From NCBI RefSeq assembly GCF_009914755.1, contig NC_060937.1: a stretch of DNA of 64,000 nt. One strand, written 5' to 3'. Under the pieces are notes generated by a model. The model ran no database searches. It was given only the letters and a program-made list of their open reading frames with translations, and was not told the DNA's origin. A program made the translations under genes and the position numbers. Below, piece by piece: positions 54,085 to 64,000 of the stretch. Numbering within the stretch: position 1 is the stretch's first letter; every line of letters begins with the position of its first letter. The stretch comes from the human T2T-CHM13v2.0 reference genome, Homo sapiens.

Positions 54085-54989
54085 TTAGGCCACACGTTTT
54101 CAACTTAGGCACGTTTATTGGACGAAGCCCCATGGTAAGTCAAGAAGCAATTGTATTCTTCCACAGCTTTGGATTTACTAATTCCCTTTGATTTCTATAT
54201 GGTGGTGCAGGTGTTTATTAAGCAAACCTCAGTTGCTGGACATGGGAAATTTCTGGCTTGACCCCTGAGGATCCTGAACATTCAGTCCATGTGGTCAAGG
54301 CCTTGGATGGGCACAGGAGCTGCACGGCTGGGAGGCAAGTGACCCTTGAGGACGCAGGGGCCGGTCCCTCCAGGCTGGGTCGCACATGGGCCACCCAGAA
54401 CACGGGTCAAGTGACTCAAGGTACAGCTGAAGCATCTCTCCAGCGCCTCCTGCAAGGACAGTGCCACTCCTCAGGTCTCTGTGCACCAGTTAAGAAAGGC
54501 TTCTCCATAGCACTGCGTCCCCCAACTCAAACCTCCCCTACCAGGGCAAGGTTCCCTCTGAACCACGGGTTACAGCTGTGCCAGGGAACCCATACGTCTT
54601 GTGCCCAGGAGCCACCACCCTGGCAGGAGCACGGGAAGAGGCAGGGTGGCAGACATGCTGGGACAGGAAGTAGCACACGTGGGACCCAGACAATCCCAGC
54701 TGGTGCCTCCTGGAACTTCCTTGTCTCATTTTTGTGCAGCAAGCCTGGCCTGAAAGGGGTGAATTACCAAAGATTCAGACTCCCGCACCCTAAGAGTGAA
54801 AGTTCGGGTTACACCACGAGGTAAGCCACCAACACCAGTCAAAAGATTCCCCAAGGGTGAGGAGAATTTAACATGAACAGAGCAGGAGGGGAACACCAGT
54901 TCCAGCCCCATAAACAGTGGCCAGGGCTGCCAGCCATCCCACACACCCTCTTTAGAGCCTCGCCTCGGGAAGAGAGACCCACGGGAACA

Positions 54990-55448
54990 TTAAAGAGCTG
55001 CTCCCCAGATGTGTCTGGAGAAATAGGTCTGTGTGGCCATGAAAATGGCTGAGACCTTCATCTGTGGGAATGAGATCTGAGGCCACAGCTGTTATGCCCA
55101 GGAACATGCAGAGGTCTCCCAGCCCCTATGCAGACAGAGGCCATGCTCTCCACGGGCTGCCCCCAGTTCATGCCCATCCTGGAAGACATGAGACTCCTCT
55201 GACAGACAACTTTAGCTCAAGGATCCCCACTGGCTTTGCCAAACATCCTCAGAACTGCACTGCAGTCTCAGATCCTTGTGCCAATCTTCCTCCTCCTCTC
55301 CCTTCTTCATGAGGATATGAGCTCAGTCATGGTCTGCTGGGTTACCCAACCCCCACTGAACCCCTCCCCATTTCCCCTGCAGGTGTGTTCCCTAATAAAT
55401 CTAATTCCATCTTGCTACCTCCTTCTTGGGAGAGCCAGACTAGGTACA
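54990..55448 (+). mobile_element. ERVL-class solo LTR (LTR16/LTR40-like); MaLR/ERVL internal-like remnants upstream at ~54190-54930
   Basis: 3' end ccctaataaatctaattccatcttg...cttcttgggagagccagactaggtaca, with the LTR poly(A) signal. Subfamily uncertain. Confidence 0.5.
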
Positions 55449-55555
55449 CAGAAAATCCAATGAACAAAACAGATAAGCTCCTAGAATTAATAGATAATTG
55501 CAAAGATAATTTAGCAAGAATTTTGGATATAAAATCAATATATAAAAAATTAATT

Positions 55556-55843
55556 GGCCAGACATGGTGGATTACACCTGTAATCCAAGCACTTTGGGAG
55601 GCTGATATGGGCAGACCACTTGAGCTCAGGAGTTTGAGACCAGCCTGGGTAACATGGTGAAACCCCGTCTCTGCAAAAAATACAAAAAATTAGCTGGGCA
55701 TGGTGACATGCCTATGGTCCCAGCTACTGGGAAGCTGAGGTGGGAGGATTGCCTGAGCCTGGGAGGCAGAGGTTGCAGTGAGCCAAGATCATATCACAGC
55801 ACTCCAGCTTGGGTGACAGAGTGAGACACCATCTCAAAAAAAA
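55556..55843 (+). mobile_element. Alu (older S/J) inside an L1 fragment
   Basis: Full dimer with A-tail. Confidence 0.92.
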
Positions 55844-56099
55844 TACAGGATAAAATGTAATTGCATTTCTGTGCATCAGCAACAAGTAGAAAATTATACC
55901 TTAAAGATACCATTTATAATGGTGTTAAGAAAATAAAGTCCCTAAGAATAAATTTAACAAAAATTGTGCAAACCCATCATGTAGAAATTTATAGAATCTT
56001 GAGAGACATTAAGAAAGACCTAGGCAAACATGGAGAGATATACTATGTTCATAGATCCGTAGAATAAGTATTATAATGTCATCTTTCTCCAATTCAATT

Positions 56100-56512
56100 T
56101 ATATTAGTCTATTCTTGCACTGCTATAAAGAAATACCTGAGACTGGGTAATTTACAAAGAAAAGAGGTTTAATTGGCTCATGGTTCCTTAGGCTGTACAG
56201 GAAGCATGGCAGCATCTGCTTCTGGGGAGGCCTCAGGGAGCTGTTACTCATTGTGGAAGGCAAAGCAGGAGCAGGCGTCTCACATGGCAGGCGCAGGACC
56301 AAGAGATGGGGGAGGTGCACACACTTTTAAACAACCAGATCTTGTGAGAACTCACTCACTACCAGGAGAATAGTACCAAGGGGATGGTGCTAATCCACTC
56401 ATGAAGGATCCACCCCCATGATCCAATCATCTCCCACCAGGCCTCACCTCCAACACTGACCGTTACAACTGAACATAAGATTTGAGTGAGGACACAGATC
56501 CAAACCATATCA
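56100..56512 (-). mobile_element. MSTA-like MaLR solo LTR
   Basis: tattagtctattcttgcactgctataaagaaatacctgagactgggtaattt...gatccaaaccatatca. Confidence 0.9.
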
Positions 56513-56888
56513 GATGCCTTACAATCCTAACCAAAATACCAATTTTGTTGGTGGGGGGGGGGGGGGCAGGTAGAACTAGATTCTAGCATTTATATGAAAG
56601 AGAAAAAGTCAGATATAGCCATTCTTGAAGAATAAGAACCATAGAAATTAAGACAGTCTTGTAGTGGTGTGGTGGCGTGGGGCAAGACAATTTGATCAAT
56701 GGGAAAAAACACACATATACAGATTCATGCTTTATGACAGAAACAGTACTTTAGATACAGCTTTTCAATTACTGGTGCTTGGAAACTGGATACACTTATG
56801 AAAAATGAATGAAAATGGGTTCCTGCTTCATTCCATATGTTAAAATTAATCCCATGTAGATTAAAAACAAAATTTAAAGATAAAACTA

Positions 56889-57110
56889 TAGGTTGAGCAT
56901 TTCAAATTGGAAAATCCAAAATCTGAAACTTTTTGAGCACCAACATGATGCTCAAATGCACTGTACATTGAAGCATTTCAGATTTCAGATTTTTGAATTA
57001 GGGATGCTGAACAGGTAAATATAATGCTAATATTCCAAAATCTGAAAAAAAAAATCCAAAATCTGAAACATTTCTGGCCCCAAGCATACTGGATAACGAT
57101 ACCCAACCTG
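56889..57110. mobile_element. Tigger4a/MER46-like Tc1-mariner MITE
   Basis: TA flanks at 56887-56888 and 57111-57112; termini (c/t)aggttgag...caacctg; internal aatctgaaa repeats. Confidence 0.85.
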
Positions 57111-57180
57111 TACTAACGTTTTAGAATAAAATATAGAAGGCTATCTTCCATGATTTCAGTGATGGGAAGTATATATGTAG

Positions 57181-58650
57181 GGCATCAAACTACCTGACTT
57201 GAAGCTGTACTACGAGGTTACAGTAACCAAAACAGCAGGGTACTGGGTTGAAAGCTAAAACAAAAACATAGACCAATAGAACAGGATAGAGAACCCAGAA
57301 ATAAGGCTGCACATCTACAGCCATGTGATCTTTGACAAGGTCAACCATAACATGCAATGGATTCCCTATTCAATAAATGGTGCTGGGATAACTGGATAGC
57401 CATATGCAGAAGATTGAAGCCAGACCCCTTCCTTTCACCATATACAAAAATCAAATCAAGGTTAATTGAAGACTTACATGTAAGACTTAAAACTATAAAA
57501 ACTCTAGAAGAAAATCTAGGAAATAACATTGTGGACATGGGCCACGGCAAAGAATTTATAGTTAAGCTCCCAAAAGCAATTGCAACAAACATAAAAGTTG
57601 ACAAATGGGACCTAATTAAACTAAGTTTCTGCACAGCAAAAGAAACTATCAACAGAGTAAACAGAAAATCTACAAAATGGGTTAAAATATCAGCAGACTA
57701 TGCATCTGACAAAGTTCTAACATCCAGAATCTATACGGAACTTAAACAACTCAACAAGTTAAAAACAAACAACTACATTAAAAAATGGGCAAAGGACATG
57801 AAAAGACACTTCTCAAAAGAAGACATACATGCAGCCAATAAACATACAACTATATGTTCACCATTAATCATCAGAGAAATGCAAATCAAAAACACAATGA
57901 GATAATATCTCACACCAGTAATTACAGCTATTATTAAAAAGTCAAAAAACAACAGATGTTGGTGAGGGTTCAGAGAAAAGGGAACACTGATACATTGTTG
58001 ATGGGAATGTAAATTAGTTCAGCCACTGTGGAAAGCAGTTTGGAGATTTCTCAAAGAACTTAAAACACAACTACCATTCAACCCAGTGATCTCACTACTG
58101 GGTATATGCCCAAAGGAAAATAAATCGTCCCACCAAAAAAGCAAAACAAACAAAAACACACGCACTCATGTGTTTACTGCAGCACGATCATAATAGCAAA
58201 GACACAGAATCAACCTGGATGCCCATCGACAGTGGACTGGATACAGAAAATATGGTACGTGTAGACAATGGAATATTACGCAGCCAAAAAAAGAATAAAA
58301 TCATGTCCTTTACAGCAACATGGATGTAGCTGAAGACCATTATCCTAAGCAAATTAACAAAAGAAACTGAAAACCAAATACCGTCTGTTCTCACTTATAA
58401 GCAGGAGCTTATAACACACAGGGACACAAAGACGGGAATAATAGACACGGGGGGCTACTTGAGGTGGGAGGGTAGGAGGTGGGGGTGGGCTGATAAACTA
58501 CCTATTGGCTACTATGCTCACTTACCACCTGGGTGATGGGATCATTTGTATCTAAAACTTCTGCAGCACACAATCTACCCATGTAACAAACCTGAACATG
58601 CACCCCCTGAACTAAAATAAAAGTCAAAAATAAACTAAAAAGCAAAAATA
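57181..58650 (+). mobile_element. 5'-truncated L1PA/L1PB
   Basis: ORF 57357-57905 ([31 protein letters not shown]...) is the ORF2p C-terminal region; 3'UTR and A-rich tail follow. Confidence 0.93.
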
Positions 58651-59680
58651 CACGTTTGCTAACCATAACATTTTTAAAAAAACATAAATATAGATAGATC
58701 TATATTGAAACTTAAAATGTCTGTTCAAGAAAGGACAACACAAAGAAAGTTAAAATCTTGCTAGAAATTGAAAGATATGTGGAATATATGTAACCAACAA
58801 AAGACCGGTATATAAAATACATAAGTAACCCCTACAAATCAATAACAACCCTCCAAAAAGTGGAAAACACTTGAACCAGAAATTCAAAAATAAAAAGTTC
58901 AAGTGGCCAGTGAATATATAAAAACATGTCCAACCGCATTAGTATTTAATAAGTAAAAATTAAAGCCACAATGAGATACCATCATGCAGTAGCCAGATTA
59001 GCAAAACTTTTAAAGCCTGGCAATGCCGAATGTTCCAGGATGCTGCGCACTGGTAACTTTCAGGAACTGGTGGTAGGAATGTAACTTGGCACTTTGTAAA
59101 ATAGCTTGGCACTGTGCAGTAAAGTTGACGATATCCTATGACCTAGCAATTCTACCCATGGGTATTTACCCTAGAAAAACTCTTGCGTATATGCCCAAGA
59201 AATGTTCACACTGCAACACTTGTAACAGGCAAACATTGCCAATAATCCAAATATCCATTAACAGTAGAATGGCTGAAGAAGTTATGGTATGATAAAAAAA
59301 AAAACAGAATAGTACATATCAATGAGTGAATGTCAGTTATAGCTGACATGATATCAATGTGATACCTTCAAATTATAGGTATCAGTATGACCTCACTTAT
59401 AAAATATGAAGGATGGCACTAACATAAAATTCAAGTGTAGGCAAAATGAATCCATTATTGTGAGGAGTATACGCACAGGTGGTAAAATTATAAGGAAAAG
59501 CAAGAGAGTGATTGCCACAAAAGATAAGATGATTAACCTGCACAGAGAGCAGGAAATATCATCAGAAAGAGCCAAGAGGCTTTCAGGTTACTAGAAATGT
59601 CCTGTATTTTAAACTAGGAGGTTGTAACGTGGCTGCTGGCTTTATGATTAAACTTTAAACTATATATGTGTGTGGAGAAA
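58650..59680 (+). mobile_element. Old L1ME-like 3' fragment
   Basis: Decayed ORF2-end and 3'UTR text (ccacaatgagatacc, tatgacctagcaattctac). Confidence 0.6.
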
Positions 59681-59769
59681 TTATATAAAGTCCATATAAT
59701 CAAAAGCTGCTTCTTTTAAAAAACCAATAAATCTGAAAAACCAGCACTCCAATAAAATAACTCTTGTCA

Positions 59770-60060
59770 AAATTATCTTGCCAAACACAATGACCAATTT
59801 TCTATCATCATCTAATTCTGTCTTTCCACAGTATTCAAAAGAGCTGACGACGTGTTCCTTGCAACTCCGTTCTCTTGGCTCCTGAGACTCTCCAACTCTC
59901 CTGCAACTCTCCAAGTCTCCTGCTCAACCTCTAAAAATTCAGGGTTAGTCCTGAACTCTCTTGTCTGTACTTTCTTTCAAGGAAATCTCATACCATCAAG
60001 TACTATTTCTATGCTGACGATTCCCACACACAGAGCTCTAGCCCTGGCCTCTCCTCTGCT
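59770..60060 (+). mobile_element. L2 fragment
   Basis: Decayed L2 RT-region-like text (cagtattcaaaagagctgac...tccttgcaactc...ctatgctgacgattccc). Confidence 0.45.
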
Positions 60061-60519
60061 TAGTTAGTGTCTCTTAGGACATTCTGTGCTGTAAACTCCA
60101 GCCACCTCAGCTTCCCAGGACAACCGGCTCCATCTCACCTCAGAGAAATTGCCGCGCCTGCCCGGGCCCTGCTCCCTGTTGTGCAGACTGTCAGCTTCAT
60201 CCAGATGGTAAGTCAGGGCAACTGCAGGACTCACCTTGGTTTCTCCAGTCTCTTAGGTCTCTGTCCTCCGCTGTCAGGTGTATATGAGACTCACTGTTAT
60301 ATTTTGTCTTGTTTCTTCGGGACTTTTGTTTGTACCAGGCAGGAGGGTAAATCTGGTCACTATTATTCCATTTGAGCCAGAAGTCAAAGTCTTCCTTCTC
60401 TACTAATTTTAAAAGTGCAAATTAACAACGGTACATCATAGATATAATATTTGTTGAATTAACTACCTAATTTTAAAATGAGAACTAAGAAGGGTCTTGT
60501 CTCAGCAGTTAAGAAAAAC

Positions 60520-60618
60520 AAATACAAGATAGTAGATTTAAACCCAACCAAGTGAATAATCACACTAAATGTAAAGTCTACAAACTCCAATTAAAAGGTA
60601 GAGATTGCCAGATTAGAT

Positions 60619-60653
<35 letters not shown>

Positions 60654-62640
60654 CAACTGTATGCTGTCTACAAGATGCCCGTTTTAAATATAAAATCATA
60701 AATAAGACTAAAAGTAAAAGAATGAAAAACCTATGTATCATGCTAATATAAATCAAAAGAAAGCTGGAGTGGCTATAACAAAGTATATTTTAAAGCAAAG
60801 CATATTACCAGGAATAGAAAGCCTCTTTATAATGACAAACAGGACAGTTCATCAAGGGAACATAACAATTCTAAATACCTAAGAGCCTAATAATAACAGA
60901 GATTCAAAATGCATGAAGTAAAAATGAGAGAAGTGCAAAGAGAAATAGGCAAATTCCTAATTATAGTCAGAGATTTCAACAACACTCTCCCAATAATTGA
61001 CAGTAAAAGTAGACACAAGTCAGTAAGGGTGCAGAAGACCTCAATGGTTAATATGATTAATATCAACCAACTTACACTGATTGACTTCACAGGACACTCC
61101 ACCACCAAACAGCAGAATAAGATTCTTTTATTCTGCGCTCACAGAACATTTACCAAGACAAACCTTCCTCAGGGTCATAAAACAAATCTCAATAAATGTG
61201 AACTCTGACCACCATGAGATTACATCATAAGTCAGTAACAGAAAGATATCTGGAAAATCCATAAATATTTGAAAGCCAAATAACAAACTTCTAAACAACC
61301 CACAGGTCAAAGAACAAAACAGAAGAGAAATTAGCAAGTATTCTGAAATGAATACAAATGAAAGCACAGCATATTAAAATTTGTGAGCCAGACGCGGTGG
61401 CTCATACCTGTAATCCTAACACTTTGGGAGGCCAAGGCAGGTGGATCACCTGAGGTCAGGAGTTTGACACCAGCCTGGCCAACAGGGCAAAACCCCATCT
61501 CTACTAAAAATCCAAAAATTAGTCAGGCATGGTGGCAGGTGCCTGTTATCCCAGCTATTCAAGAGGCTAAGGCAGGAGACTTGCTTGAACCCGGGAAGTG
61601 GAGATTGCAGTGAGCCGAGATCACGCCACATCACTCCAGCCTGGGTGAAAGAATGAGACTGCGTCTCAAAAAAAACTAACTGTGGAATGCAGCAGAAAGA
61701 TTTCAGTCACCTTACCCTCCATCTCAAGAAAAACAGAAAAACTCGGAGTTATAAGAAAGGAAATAATAAAGATGAGAGCAGAAATCCATGAGATATAAAG
61801 CAGAAAACAATACAGAAAAATCAATGACAACAAGAGCCACTGCTTTGAGATGAGGAAAAGTGATTAATCTGTATCCAGGCCAATCAAGGAGAAAAGTCAC
61901 AATTTACTAATACCAGAAATGAGGTTACAGTAATGCCATTACAGTTTCTATAGATATTAAATGAATAAGAAAATACCACAAACAACACTCTGCCCATTGA
62001 TTTGACAACTTAGATGAAATGGACCAATTCCCTGAAAGATACAGCTACCATAATTCACGAACAATTCAGAACCATTTGAGCAACAAAATAAAGGATTGGA
62101 CTATAACGCAAAATAGACAATAAATCTCCATACGTCCACAATGAGATAACAAATGCTTGAATCAATACACGGGGGAAAGACACCGTCTCCCATGTAGAAT
62201 TTCAAATAATGTATGTAGATATTCTACTCTCAAGAAGCTCCTGGCCCTTCAAGTTGGGGCTGCGCAATGGTCCCCTCCTAAAGAGAACAATAGGAAAAGG
62301 AGGAGAAAAGCAGCGAGTCTGCAGTGGAGAAAACACGACCTCAGCCAGGCAGGGGTCAAGGTCAACACCAACAGTGAAGTCATGCTTTACAACATGTGAT
62401 GAGAATGGCACTTTGCCCTGGTCTTTCTCCCAAAAACCTATACTCTCCAGTCTAATCATGAGAAAAATATCAGACAAAACCCAACTGAAGGATATTCTAT
62501 AGAATATCCTCAAAATTGTTGGTGTCATCAAAAACAAAAATCTGAGAAATGTCAAAACTTAAAGGGGCCTAAGGAGATAAAACAACCAAATGTAATGTGG
62601 TGTCCTGGATGGAATCTGGGAAGGGAGAAAGGTCATGTTG
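60520..62640 (+). mobile_element. Old L1M endonuclease region and 3' fragments; (CA)n at 60622-60651
   Basis: ORF 60909-61208 (IIVRDFNNTL...AHRTFTK...GHKTNLNK) is an L1 endonuclease remnant. Confidence 0.8.
61386..61677 (+). mobile_element. AluS
   Basis: Full dimer inserted in L1 text. Confidence 0.93.
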
Positions 62641-62654
62641 AAAAAGCACCATCT

Positions 62655-63309
<655 letters not shown>

Positions 63310-63379
63310 GCTAAATAAATAGCCTTGATCTAAAGCCGGCAATTGAAATTACGATCATCACAGTGAGGACTCTGCATTA

Positions 63380-63748
<369 letters not shown>

Positions 63749-64000
63749 AAATGACAGCAAAAAAGCGGCAGCAGCTTCCCTGTGCATGTTGGCGTTTGTC
63801 TATATTTTAATCCTATAAACTTTACCCCAGGAGACTCTGTCCACACCATGGACTTAGATGAAAATCCCTATACTGATGAGCATAGAACCTAGTAAATGCT
63901 CAGTTAAAAAAAAAAGATGAGCCATAGACTGGAAGGAAACATTTGCAAGTCACCTATCTAATAAAACACTTTTATCCAGACATATTTTTAAAACTCTCAA

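Noticed and set aside
57357-57905. 182-aa ORF similar to L1 ORF2p
   Set aside because: Fragment of a 5'-truncated L1; not a host gene or an active element.

Overview
Primate (human-like) genomic DNA, not prokaryotic. The only protein-coding sequence I can support is the last two coding exons of SPACA7 (sperm acrosome associated 7) on the + strand: 17579-17656 and 19620-19684, followed by a short 3'UTR with a probable non-canonical CATAAA poly(A) signal. I recognised the gene from memory of the human C-terminus (...[46 protein letters not shown]), which places the window at distal 13q34, in the gene order SOX1-SPACA7-TUBGCP3. No TUBGCP3 exon was seen. Bases 1-17578 are an L1-rich SPACA7 intron. 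The remainder is intergenic: a mostly GC-rich, minisatellite-rich block (~17-43 kb, with an AT-rich L1 at 22-24.8 kb, and ~50-55 kb) and repeat-dense blocks containing L1, Alu, MaLR/ERVL LTRs and hAT, Tigger and piggyBac fossils. Most listed ORFs are repeat-derived or chance. I found no evidence of a new multi-gene system. The best leads are (1) an indel-free 11 x 33-bp repeat that is open in one frame and reads like a phospho-repeat peptide, (2) two candidate cis-regulatory elements, (3) a long open frame running from the SPACA7 exon into the last intron, and (4) several nested-transposon histories. Repeat subfamily names and boundaries are by eye and approximate.
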